Source of the DNA: Nitrospirota bacterium
GTDB lineage: Bacteria > Nitrospirota > Thermodesulfovibrionia > Thermodesulfovibrionales > UBA9159
Assembly: GCA_963699545.1 (NCBI GenBank)
Contig: CAVOUE010000003.1
Coordinates: 839,118 to 903,117 of the forward strand
Length of the DNA stretch: 64,000 nt
Direction of reading: 5' to 3'
Part shown: in pieces, positions 39,519-49,507 of the stretch
How the letters are laid out: every line of letters starts with the position of its first letter
Numbering within the stretch: the first letter of the stretch is position 1
Position numbers and translations under genes: made by a program
Notes under the pieces: model-generated
The model's input: the letters and a program-made list of their open reading frames with translations, nothing else
What the model was told of the DNA's origin: nothing
Databases searched by the model: none

Positions 39519-40391
39519 ATGAAAACCACCATCGTGTGCGGATTACTTGGAGCGGGAAAGACGACCTTTGTGCAAGAGCTGCTCCGGAACACTCGTGAGA
39601 AGACCGTTGTTCTTGTCAATGACTTCGGCCAAGCAGGTATCGACGGAGAGATATTCACCGCCGATGGAATCGAAGCCATAGAACTGCCCAGCGGGTGCGT
39701 CTGCTGCACCCTGAAATTTGATCTGATCACCACCATACAGAGGATCATGGGGACTCTTTTCCCCGAACATCTGGTCATCGAGCCCAGCGGCGTTGCCTCT
39801 CCCTCGGGGGTGCTGGAGGCGCTGGAGACCCTGAAGATAAGCCCTGTCACCGTGGTGGGAATTGTGGATGCCACTGAATTCTCTGAACTCTATGAGAGCC
39901 GCATGTTCGGGTCGTTTTTCGAGGACCAGATCGTCAACTCCGATATCATACTGGTGAACAAGACGGACCTCGTGGATGAAAAAAAAGTAAACAGCACGCT
40001 GTCCCTTGTGGAAAGAATAAACCCGGGGGCGGTGGTCTTTCCCGCGGTGAAAGCCGCTCTTTCTGAACCGCTCCCGGAGGTAGCTCCCCGGGGGCGGTCG
40101 CTGAACAGGCATCTTCCCCACTTCCATTTTGAGACCCTCTCTCTCAGGATAAAGACCGTGAGGGAATTCGCCTTCTACGAGAATTTTTTTGAGGATATGG
40201 AGCGGGGGAGATATGGAGGCGTGGTGAGGGCGAAGGCCCTGGCCCAGACCGACAAAGGCCCTTTCAGGTTCGACCTTTCCTCCGGCGGGATCGACGCGGC
40301 TCCCTTTGGGCGAGAGATTAGGGACAACCGGCTGGTGATCATCGGAGAAGGCCTGAAAAAGGATCTCCTTCTGCTCCTGTCGAAGGGGTGA
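39519..40391 (+). CDS. COG0523/CobW family metallochaperone GTPase
   Basis: GLLGAGKTT, VNDFG, GCVCC, IEPSG, NKTD, RAKA, RLVIIG. Confidence 0.9.
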   Translation: MKTTIVCGLLGAGKTTFVQELLRNTREKTVVLVNDFGQAGIDGEIFTADGIEAIELPSGCVCCTLKFDLITTIQRIMGTLFPEHLVIEPSGVASPSGVLEALETLKISPVTVVGIVDATEFSELYESRMFGSFFEDQIVNSDIILVNKTDLVDEKKVNSTLSLVERINPGAVVFPAVKAALSEPLPEVAPRGRSLNRHLPHFHFETLSLRIKTVREFAFYENFFEDMERGRYGGVVRAKALAQTDKGPFRFDLSSGGIDAAPFGREIRDNRLVIIGEGLKKDLLLLLSKG

Positions 40392-40418
40392 GATGTTATT
40401 TTGATGGTAAAATAGACT

Positions 40419-41919
40419 ATGGGTAAAACGATAATCATTCCTGCCACACTGGAAAGACAGAACAAGAAGCTTTCCATCCTTTATGAAGTAGCCCTTACGG
40501 TGTCCAAATCCCTGGACCTCAAGGGCATCCTGGACGACGTCCTTGAATTGATCATCCATTTCATGGGAGTGGATTCAGGGGTGATTTATGTGATCAATGA
40601 CGAGACTATGGAGATGATCCCTGTGGCGTTCAGGAACCTCTCTGCCGAAGTGGTGAAAGACCTCTGCGAGAAGAAAGTGAAGGTCGGGGAATGCATGTGC
40701 GGCACCATTGCCCAGTGTGACAAGGAGGTCATTGTCCTTGAGAAGGCGTCAAAGGACCCGCGTTTTACCAGGGCAACCCTTCATAAGGAGGGCATGGAGT
40801 TTTATGCAGGCCTCCCCCTGAAGGCAAAGGGCAAGGTGATAGGGGTATTATGTGTCATTACTCATGCACCATACTCCCTGGACACGGAACTCCTGGATGT
40901 GCTCCGCGCTGCCACGGTCCCCATAGGCCTTGCCATAGAAAACGCACGACTCTTTGAGGATACGAGAAAAGAGGCGGAAGAGCAGCTGCGATACCACGAC
41001 TTTGAGGGCATCATCGCGAACAGCCCGAAGATGACCGAGGTCCTCAGGGTGGTGAGGAAGGTGACCGACGTCACCTCAAGCATCCTCATTTACGGGGAAA
41101 GCGGCACGGGAAAAGAGCTCATCGCCCGGGCCATACACTTTAACAGCGTGAGAAAGGAAAAACCCTTCATCGCGGTGAATTGTGCTGCCATTCCTGAGAC
41201 CCTGCTGGAGTCAGAACTGTTTGGATACGTCAAGGGGGCCTTTACGGGAGCCTATGCCGATAAGATGGGGCTGTTTGAGGCAGGGGACGGAGGCACTGTA
41301 CTCCTCGACGAGGTTGAGGCCATGTCCAGAAGCCTTCAGGTGAAGCTCCTGAGGGCGCTTCAGGATGGGACATTCCTCAAGGTGGGCAGCACCCGTTCCC
41401 TTACCGTGGACGTAAGGATCATCGCAGCGACGAACCAGGACCTTGAAGAGGCCGTGAAATCAAAACTCTTCAGGGAGGACCTCTATTACCGGCTGAATGT
41501 GATAAAGATCTCTTCCTCCCCTCAGGGAAAGGGTCGAAGATATCCCTTTGCTCGTAAGGTACTTCATCAACAAGTTCAACAAAAAAATGGGGAAGAATAT
41601 CAGGAGGGTTTCTGAGGACGCCATGGATATTCTGATAAACCATCTGTGGCCCGGGAATATCAGAGAGCTTGAGCATGTTATCGAACGGGCTCTGGTTATT
41701 GCCGAAACGGATGAGCTTGCAAGGGAAGACCTCCCTCTGGAGATAACGCCCGGCCGGAACGATGCAAAGAAGGACTGGACACTGGAGAGTATGGAGAGGG
41801 AGCAGATACTGAAGGTCCTGCACCTGACGGGAGGCAACAAAAAGAAGGCTGCAGGTCTTCTCGGCCTCGACAATAGCACCTTATGGAGGAAACTGAAAAG
41901 GTATCGGATCACGGGCTGA
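40419..41919 (+). CDS. GAF-domain sigma54-dependent activator (frameshift near 41510)
   Basis: GAF domain, [39 protein letters not shown], Fis HTH. Confidence 0.92.
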
Positions 41920-42019
41920 TTGCATTTTGCAATTGACGTAATTCCTCCTTTATCGGGCACTGCCGCCATTTTTCACCCCGCAAATGTTCTGTCCGGCATA
42001 ATTAGATTGCATTTTGCAA
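41920..42019. promoter_or_regulatory. Enhancer pair TTGCATTTTGCAA x2
   Basis: Identical palindromes at 41920-41932 and 42007-42019. Confidence 0.75.
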
Positions 42020-42176
42020 GCTGATCATGCGAGCAGAGTTTCGCTGTCTGTCGTAAGATCGGGTAATCTAGATATCGGTATCATGCTGATAATCTCTTGT
42101 AATTTCAGGGCATTCCAAACATGAGGACCGAGTTATTTCACCTCTTTCGTCACCGCTTGAAACCCTTAAGATCTTC

Positions 42177-42192
42177 TGGCAAACAAATTGCT
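42177..42192 (+). promoter_or_regulatory. Sigma54 promoter
   Basis: TGGCAAACAAATTGCT. Confidence 0.82.
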
Positions 42193-42239
42193 CCTTAATA
42201 TTGGGAAAGCAAAAAAATCAGAAAAAGGAGGTAACGGTA

Positions 42240-42770
42240 ATGGCAGTTGTTAATGGACTTGACACTGAACAATTGGTTAAGACGGTCGAGGCCGTCAAAC
42301 AGAATTGGGAGATGGGAAGGACTGTATGGAAGGCATCGACCACCTGGAAAGGCGGCTTTAAGGTCGAGACCTGTTCAAGGGATTTCACCTTAAGGGCAGA
42401 CGAACCTGAAATGTTATGCGGGACCAACACCGCGGCCAACCCGGTCGAGATGGTGCTTCAGGCATATGGGGCATGTCTTAGCATAGGGTATGCGATGAAC
42501 GCAGCGGTGAGAGGAATTAAGATCGAGGACATCAAGATCGACCTTGAAGGGGAGATAGACCTGCCCGGTTTTCTCGGGCTGGAAGCGCCTGAAAAGCTTC
42601 ACATGGATAAACTCCCGGGATTCAAGAGCATCAGGGCAAAGGTGAAGATCAAGGCGGATGCTGATGAGAAAAAACTACAGGAACTCCATAAGCATGTGGT
42701 GGGCACATCCCCCGTGGGATTGACGCTTTCAAGACCTGTGAAAATCGATACGGGTCTGGAGGCCTGGTAG
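42240..42770 (+). CDS. OsmC-like protein (single conserved Cys)
   Basis: AAGGAGGT RBS; VNGLD, ADEPEMLCGTNTAANPVE..GAC, GEIDLPGFLG, TSPVGLTL. Confidence 0.9.
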   Translation: MAVVNGLDTEQLVKTVEAVKQNWEMGRTVWKASTTWKGGFKVETCSRDFTLRADEPEMLCGTNTAANPVEMVLQAYGACLSIGYAMNAAVRGIKIEDIKIDLEGEIDLPGFLGLEAPEKLHMDKLPGFKSIRAKVKIKADADEKKLQELHKHVVGTSPVGLTLSRPVKIDTGLEAW

Positions 42771-42772
42771 CC

Positions 42773-43192
42773 GTGCAGGGCACTCTGAGCCGACCGGTCT
42801 TATCCCCTTCGGGCGAGCGCGAAACGCAAGAGGTGTTTATCGTGCTCTGCGCGTCCGGGTTCGAAAATAGTGCGAGGGTGCGGTCAGCCCTGATGTTTGC
42901 TGCCCTGGCCGCATCCGCCAACTTCAGGACAGTGCTCTACTGTATCCAGGGCGCGGTGGATGTCATGGAAAAAGGGGCCATAGAAAAAAATGAAAGACCT
43001 CAGTCCGGAGTCCCGACCCTCGAACAGAGACTGGGCGAGGCACTGGAGATGGGCGTTGAGATCCAGTGCTGCACTCAGACCATGGCCAATAAGAAACTGA
43101 CGGAAGACGATCTGATCCCCGGGGTGAAGGCCGCAGGGGCCATGAGCCTTATTGATCTCACCACCAGCGCCAGGGGCACACTCTGTTTTTAG
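42773..43192 (+). CDS. DsrE/TusD family protein
   Basis: ALMFAALAAS, GAVDV, EMGVEIQCC, DLIPGV..AGAMSLID. Confidence 0.82.
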   Translation: MQGTLSRPVLSPSGERETQEVFIVLCASGFENSARVRSALMFAALAASANFRTVLYCIQGAVDVMEKGAIEKNERPQSGVPTLEQRLGEALEMGVEIQCCTQTMANKKLTEDDLIPGVKAAGAMSLIDLTTSARGTLCF

Positions 43193-43216
43193 TGTGTTCC
43201 TTAAGATGGAGAGGAG

Positions 43217-43243
43217 ATCCTCCTGCTTCTGTCGAAAGGGTGA
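43217..43243 (+). pseudogene. Remnant 3' end of a COG0523 paralogue
   Basis: 23/27 nt identical to 40365-40391; encodes the same LLLLSKG-stop. Confidence 0.55.
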
Positions 43244-43320
43244 TGCGCCCCCCGGGACAGTCGGGAAGGCAGGAAATTCAGGAGACGGTTATAGTTAAAC
43301 AATGACAGGATACGACACAA

Positions 43321-43419
43321 TTGCATTTTGCAGTACTTCTGATTCCTTCCGGAACAGATAGTTAACAGCTTTCCCCGTTCCAAAAAGACATTCTTTTACA
43401 AGAAGAATGCAAAATGCAA
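43321..43419. promoter_or_regulatory. Second enhancer pair
   Basis: TTGCATTTTGCAG (43321) and ATGCAAAATGCAA (43407). Confidence 0.7.
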
Positions 43420-43571
43420 TTACTATGAGTATTGATAGACACGTGAACGAACCTGAATTCTTCCGTTTTCCTGAGAAGAACGTCTCTAAGTGCTCCGGAC
43501 TGCAGGACATTCCTCCTGAAGTGCATTTCCTCTCAGTATTCTTGATATCCCGGCTCCATGACGGAATGTTC

Positions 43572-43587
43572 TGGCAAATAAATTGCT
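43572..43587 (+). promoter_or_regulatory. Sigma54 promoter
   Basis: TGGCAAATAAATTGCT, 1 nt different from the one at 42177. Confidence 0.82.
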
Positions 43588-43622
43588 TAACATACATCTT
43601 TAAGAAAGGAGGAGTCCACGAC

Positions 43623-43688
43623 ATGACCATCTCAGCGAGCATAATCAATGACGTGGATATTGATGTATTCAAAGCTAAGGCCTGTTGA
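43623..43688 (+). pseudogene. 21-codon ORF, probable truncated OsmC-like N-terminus
   Basis: AAGGAGG RBS; MTISASIINDVDIDVFKAKAC resembles the VNGLD start of 42240. Confidence 0.4.
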
Positions 43689-43786
43689 TGTGAGAACGGA
43701 GCTGGGCTATAACGGGTCGTAGGAGTGTGGTAACGAAGCGCACTGGATAATGCCGCACACTGTCCCGCGAACCATGCATTAATCCG

Positions 43787-45010
43787 ATGGAGGGAAAAAC
43801 CGTGGATTGTATAAAGAACCGTGAGAAAATAATTTGGCTGTCTCTGCTGTCACTTTTTCTCGTCGTGACCTTTCTCTCGCTGCACTGTTACGGCGATGAT
43901 TCGGGTAAACAGATCTCTTCCCTGCTGTCGCCTCAGCAGCTCAAGAAGTGGATCGATAACGGGTACCGCGATGAAAGGGGTCTCAAGGTCGTCATCCTCG
44001 ATACAAGCTTTGGACCCGCAGCCCGTCCTGATTATGATGGAGGACATATACCGGGCACCTACTACGTTGAGTATGCAAAGGAGCTTGTCCAGACGCGGTC
44101 AGACGGACCGATGATGGTCGACCTCAATGTTCCTGATGGTCCGCAGATGGACAGGCATATCCAAAAATATGGCATAGACAGGGACACGGTGGTGGTGTTC
44201 AGCGGTCACCACATCATGTGGGTAACTCGGGCCTACTGGACTTACCGCTACTGGGGGTTCCCTCAGGACCATCTCTTTGTCCTCAATGGAAAGGCGACTA
44301 CCGATAAGTCTGTATGGAAGGCAGCCGGCTTTGCCACTGAAGCAAAAGAGACTCCCCTGCCCAAGCCGTCTTCATTCAGTGTGGGCAGCCGGCCGGGGAA
44401 TATGGATATGGTGAGGGCACCGCTCCAGGAGTTCAGGGATGTGGCAGCAGGAAATATTCCCGGTTCGGTGATCCTCGATACCAGGGCGGATGTAGAATGG
44501 AATGCTGAGCTGGCCGGGATCATGTATAACTCCGCCTGCGCCCTCCATGTGAAGAATTCTGTCTGGAAGGAATGGGTTGAGGAGCTGGTGGGAGCCAATT
44601 ATACAGACAAGGCGACGGGCTCCCATGCTTTCAAACCCGCTGAACAGATCGTTGCGGAGTACAATGCATTGGGGCTGATCCCGGATAAAACTGTTTACTC
44701 CATCTGCAGTAGCGGGGTAAGGGCGACCGTTCCCTTCTTTATTTACGACGGTATCCTCGGCTGGAAAGGGAAGCATAAGGTATATGACGCTTCCACAAGG
44801 GAGATCGGACAGTTGGCCTATGTAAAGAATAAGAGCGGGACATATAACCTTCCGGAGAATTCTCCGTGGCGCTGGGATCTCGCGAAGTACAACGACACCA
44901 TAACCTGCCAGCCGGACCCGTCCAAGGTCGTCGTTCCCCAGGGGGTGAATCCCAATGCAGCCTCAGGCAGGGAGATAAACGAGGCGGACAAGAGGTATTA
45001 CAAGAAATAA
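43787..45010 (+). CDS. Exported tandem-domain rhodanese/sulfurtransferase
   Basis: N-terminal hydrophobic segment, GHIPG, RAYWTYRYWGF..VLNG, ILDTR, active site CSSGVRA, VYDAS. Confidence 0.82.
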   Translation: MEGKTVDCIKNREKIIWLSLLSLFLVVTFLSLHCYGDDSGKQISSLLSPQQLKKWIDNGYRDERGLKVVILDTSFGPAARPDYDGGHIPGTYYVEYAKELVQTRSDGPMMVDLNVPDGPQMDRHIQKYGIDRDTVVVFSGHHIMWVTRAYWTYRYWGFPQDHLFVLNGKATTDKSVWKAAGFATEAKETPLPKPSSFSVGSRPGNMDMVRAPLQEFRDVAAGNIPGSVILDTRADVEWNAELAGIMYNSACALHVKNSVWKEWVEELVGANYTDKATGSHAFKPAEQIVAEYNALGLIPDKTVYSICSSGVRATVPFFIYDGILGWKGKHKVYDASTREIGQLAYVKNKSGTYNLPENSPWRWDLAKYNDTITCQPDPSKVVVPQGVNPNAASGREINEADKRYYKK

Positions 45011-45055
45011 GAGGCAGATCCTCATTAGAATATTTCAAAAGGCGCATGCAGCAGA

Positions 45056-45086
45056 GGGATGAGGCATCCAGCCCCATCCCTTTTTT
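45056..45086 (+). terminator. Intrinsic terminator
   Basis: GGGATGAGGC-ATCCA-GCCCCATCCC-TTTTTT. Confidence 0.75.
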
Positions 45087-45165
45087 CTTTGGGAGGTGAC
45101 GTGGGGGTGCTTCATGATGCTATGCACGGGAGGTGCAGTGCGTTTTCAGAGGACTCTTCGACCGA

Positions 45166-46332
45166 TCAGACCGACCGCAAGGCGTCCACGATGTTCATCC
45201 TTGCCGCCCTCAGGGCAGGGAGGAGGCCTCCGACAAACCCCATGACGAGGGAAAATGCCAGGGATTTTAGGGCGATATCCATGGTGAGGGTGAAGCTGAA
45301 GGCAAGTTCTGCAAACGTCTGCCAGTTCATGGTCGAGATGGTGATGAGCTGCAGGAACGAAGCGAACAGGAGCCCTGCTGAGCCACCGATGAGTCCGAGG
45401 AAAAGAGACTCAAGGACAAAGGCCGCGAGGATGCTCCCCTTCTGAAAACCGAGGGCCCGGAGGGTCCCGATCTCTGTTATCCTCTGAGCTACGGCAGCGT
45501 ACATCGTGATCATGGCGCCGATCACAGCACCAAGGGAGAATACCACGGTCAGTGTGATGCCGAGGATACTGAGGAACTTCGCCATCATCTCGGACTGGTC
45601 CCGATAGTACCTCGTCTCGCGCTTGGCTTCCTGTGTAAGACGGGGGTCGCCTTCGATGCGCGTCTTGAATTCATCGAACCCGGATGAGTCGCGTAATTTA
45701 AAGGTGACCGATGAATAGACCTGCCGCCGGAAGGCCTGCATAAGCTGGTCAACGTCGCCCCATATCTCAGAACTGAAACCTGTATTCCCCGCGTCAAAGA
45801 CGCCGACGACGATCCAGTTGCGCATTCCGAAACGCACGGTTTCCCCTATGCCTCCCCCCTGGAAACGCTGCGCAATGCTCTTCCCCGCTACGACCTCTGC
45901 AGAGCCCGGCTTCGGCATCCGTCCTTCCACCAGTTTCACCTGCGGCCGGAGCAGGAGGGAACTCGCTGATATCCCCCTGATCACCACATTTGCGGGTTTG
46001 TTCGTCCCTCGCTTCGGGATGTTGATGAGTACGACCAGTTCCTTGGCAAGCAGTGGTTGTCCATTCTCTCCGATGGCGACTTCCGGCTGGCCCTCGATGA
46101 TTGATGCCTGCAGCCGCTCGACCCCGCTCTGGACCTCTGAATTGGCAGATTTTCGTATGACGATCACATTGTCATACGAACCGGTATCCACCAGGGTCTT
46201 CTGAAGCCCTGCGGCGAGCATAAGGGTTGCGGAAAAGACGAAGACCACAAGGGCCATGCCCGAAGCGGTAAGGACGGTGGTAAGCCTGCGGGTCCAGAGA
46301 TTTCTGAGACTGTAAGAGTAGGGGATGCCCAT
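45166..46332 (-). CDS. MacB/FtsX-type ABC permease
   Basis: RNLWTRRLTT, RITEIGTLRALGF, GGLLPALRAAR. Confidence 0.9.
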   Translation of the reverse strand: MGIPYSYSLRNLWTRRLTTVLTASGMALVVFVFSATLMLAAGLQKTLVDTGSYDNVIVIRKSANSEVQSGVERLQASIIEGQPEVAIGENGQPLLAKELVVLINIPKRGTNKPANVVIRGISASSLLLRPQVKLVEGRMPKPGSAEVVAGKSIAQRFQGGGIGETVRFGMRNWIVVGVFDAGNTGFSSEIWGDVDQLMQAFRRQVYSSVTFKLRDSSGFDEFKTRIEGDPRLTQEAKRETRYYRDQSEMMAKFLSILGITLTVVFSLGAVIGAMITMYAAVAQRITEIGTLRALGFQKGSILAAFVLESLFLGLIGGSAGLLFASFLQLITISTMNWQTFAELAFSFTLTMDIALKSLAFSLVMGFVGGLLPALRAARMNIVDALRSV

Positions 46333-46334
46333 GG

Positions 46335-47494
46335 TTACCCGATCCTCCTGAGGCCTTCAGCGATCCTGATGGTTGCCCCGCGCCACGTGGGGAACACTGC
46401 GGCAACCACACCGATCATGCAGGCCGCGAAGAGTTCTAAGTACACGGTGTCGGGAGAAACGCTGAAGGAGGGAAAGTACTGGCTCAGCTCCGTTTCGATC
46501 CAGCGGGCTCCGGGGAAGGTGAGAAACACCCCGATGACGCCACCCGTCATCGCGATAAACACTGATTCTCCAAACACGATCACTGCAATATGCCCGGCGC
46601 CGAACCCCAGGGTCTTCATGGTGGCATATTCGGTTATCCGTTCCCTGGCGGTCATGGCCATGGTATTGGCGGCCACGATCATAATGATGACAATGACCAT
46701 ATACGAGACGATCTGGATGGCGATCACGATCGCCTCGGTCATAGCGATGAAGCCCGAGATGGAAGGCCCGTTCGGTCTCTGTCAATGTCTCGGCCAGGGA
46801 ATTCCTGAACATCCCGTCTACCGTTAGAGCTACCTCGGCGGTGAGGTCGGGGCTGGTGATGCCGATCATGTAGAAGCCCACTTGGTCGGCCCTCCGGGGC
46901 GTGGTCCTCTTCATGGTCTCATTGAGGTAATTCCAGTGAAAGAGCAATACCCGTTCTTCAGTGCTCTTCTCCGCACCCCGGTAGATGCCTCGCAGGACAA
47001 ATTCCCACTGACCCGGGAAGATGCTTCCTCTGAGAGTGATCATGTCGCCGATCTTCCAGCCATATCGATCTGCCAGTTTCCGTCCAACGACGCACCCTTT
47101 CCGGTCGCGGATAAAAGCAGCCTTTTGGTCGGCAGGAAGAACGATCTCGGGGTAAAGATCAAGATAGCTCTTCGGCTCCACCGCATAGTTGGCAAAGAAG
47201 TTCTTTTCGTCCACGTAGATGCCGCCGAACCAGTTCCCGTATGAGACCGCCTTCACTCCCTGTATCTGGCGGATCCTGTCCTTGTACGACAGGGGAAGAG
47301 GGAAGATGAGGGAGATGGCATTCCGGGTGACGAGACGGCTTGAGGATGAGTGCTCGACGCCCGCAGTACCAGACCGCCACGAGGGTCCGGAGCAGGCCGA
47401 AGGCGACGACGGCGATGGTGATGCCGATGACGGTGAGAGAGGTGCGAAGTTTGTGGCGCAGGGCATTCCGTATGAGAAGCTTAAGTATGAACAT
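46335..47494 (-). CDS. MacB/FtsX-type ABC permease, frameshifted (near 47365 and 46750)
   Basis: RNALRHKLRT, ANTMAMTARERITEYATMKTLGF. Confidence 0.85.
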
Positions 47495-48177
47495 TGTTCA
47501 GAACACCCTTGTCGAGGTTCCTCACGACGTGGGCCTTTTCCGCGGCCCGGGGATCATGGGTGACCATAATGACCGTCTTGCCCAGTTCATTGACGAGGCG
47601 CTCCATCAGTTCCAGTATCTCCCTGGCTGAGGTCCTGTCCAGGTCACCGGTCGGCTCATCAGCCACAAGGATCGTCGGGATCCGTCACGACCGCCCTGGC
47701 AATCGCCACCCGCTGCTGCTGACCTCCTGAGAGCTGGCCCGGATAATGGTCCATGCGGTCGGTGAGGTTCACGACCTGCAAAGCCATCTCGACGTGCTCT
47801 CTCCGCTCTTTCCTTGAAAGGGAGGTGAGGAGCAGGGGGAGTTCCACGTTCTCGAAGGCGGTGAGCACCGGTATGAGGTTGTAGAACTGGAAGATGAAGC
47901 CGACATTGGCTGCGCGCCACTGCGCAAGTTCGGCTTCACTCAGGAAAGTGATGTCTGTTCCTCCCACGCTTATGGTGCCGGAGTCGGGCTTGTCGATCCC
48001 CGCGATAAGGTTCAGAAGGGTGCTCTTCCCCGAGCCTGATGGGCCCATAAGCGCAAGGAACTCACCATCATCGATATCAAAGGATATATTATTGAGCACG
48101 GGGATGATCTGGCTACCGCGCCGGTAAGACTTGTTCAGGTCTCTTACGACGACGATGGGGGGCCTGAGAGAGTCCAT
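47481..48177 (-). CDS. LolD/MacB-type ABC ATPase, frameshift near 47672
   Basis: [36 protein letters not shown]. Confidence 0.9.
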
Positions 48178-49395
48178 CTATTTTTCTGCTACCTTTACTC
48201 TCATCCCGCTCCTCAGCTTATCAAGAGGCTTTACTGCCACCCTGTCTCCAGCCTTTACGCCTTCCACCACCTCTATCATTTCCCCGATCGGTGATCCAAG
48301 GGTTACCGGCGTTTCCGTAACACGGTCATCCCTCATGAGGAATACCGCTTTCCTGCCGTTGCGTGTCAGCACCGAACGCGGGGTGAGGGCGGTCAGTGGC
48401 TTCCGTTCTTCCGGGTTCACCGGCCTTTGGAGGAAGGCGACCTTCGCGCTCATCTCCGGCAGGATACGGGTATCCCTGTCCAGGAAGCGGACCTTCACCA
48501 GTACCGTTGCCTTGGACCGGTCGGCAGTAGGAACGATCATATGCACTACCCCCGGGAAGCGGGTCCCAGGCAATGCATCCAGCTCTATCTCACAGGGCTG
48601 CCCTGTCTTCACTTTTTCCAGGTTCGACTCAGAGACATCTACCTCTGCCTGGAGAGAGCCCATATCCGCAATCGTTACCACAGAAGCCCTTGCATTGGCA
48701 GCTGCTCCCAGGGGTGTAATGATGTCGCCTACGTCGGCATTCTTGGTCAGGACCACCGCATCAAAGGGTGCACGGATCAGGGTATATTCCAGTTGCACTT
48801 CAGTAGCCTTCAGCGCGGCGGCGCTGGCCCTTATTCCTGCTTCGGCTGCTTCAACGGAGGCGGTCGCCTTCTTGTAGCGGGCCTCTGAAGCATCGTATTC
48901 AGCCTTTGCGATGAATCCCTTCTCCGACAGTTCCCTGCTCCGGTTATAGGAAAGGGTGGCATCGTGCAGCTCCGCCTTTGCCTGTTCGAGGGTTGAGCGG
49001 GCGACATTGAGGTTGGCCGCTGCCTGGTTCTTCGCAGCTGCCGCGTCCTCCCCTTCAAGACGGGCGATGATCTCTCCTCCCTTTACCCTGCTGCCCTCCT
49101 CAACATTGAGGGATACGAGACGGGAAGTGATCTTGGAGGCGACCGCTGCCTTCCGCTGGGCCACCACATACCCGCTTGCGTTCAGAAGGGTGAAGGCCTG
49201 GGAAGGGTAGACCCGGGAAACGGTGACAACCTCCACCTCTACCGCAGGAGTAAAAACACCTTTCATATACAGGAATCCCGCTATGATGATGATCAGCGCA
49301 GCCGCCATCCAGCGGGTCAGATGCCTCCGCCTCTTCGGTCCGGCAGCCGTTTCGGCCTTGTCTATCTTCAGCTTCGAAATGTCTTCGTTCGCCAT
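48178..49395 (-). CDS. Periplasmic adaptor (membrane fusion protein)
   Basis: ASGYVVA, VEEGSRVK, IRAPFDAVV, LPEMSA. Confidence 0.9.
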   Translation of the reverse strand: MANEDISKLKIDKAETAAGPKRRRHLTRWMAAALIIIIAGFLYMKGVFTPAVEVEVVTVSRVYPSQAFTLLNASGYVVAQRKAAVASKITSRLVSLNVEEGSRVKGGEIIARLEGEDAAAAKNQAAANLNVARSTLEQAKAELHDATLSYNRSRELSEKGFIAKAEYDASEARYKKATASVEAAEAGIRASAAALKATEVQLEYTLIRAPFDAVVLTKNADVGDIITPLGAAANARASVVTIADMGSLQAEVDVSESNLEKVKTGQPCEIELDALPGTRFPGVVHMIVPTADRSKATVLVKVRFLDRDTRILPEMSAKVAFLQRPVNPEERKPLTALTPRSVLTRNGRKAVFLMRDDRVTETPVTLGSPIGEMIEVVEGVKAGDRVAVKPLDKLRSGMRVKVAEK

Positions 49396-49507
49396 GAATT
49401 ATGCTCCCTTGGAAGGAATTGTCCGATCAAAGAAATATTCACCATTATAGCAAATCTCCCCATCCTCTTTTTAAAAGAGGTGGCCAGGATTCCCTTTCTG
49501 CTGTCCC

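Noticed and set aside
28691-40559. Long antisense ORFs (e.g. 28691-29758, 31934-32827, 39543-40559)
   Set aside because: Shadows of well-supported genes on the opposite strand, with no recognisable motifs.
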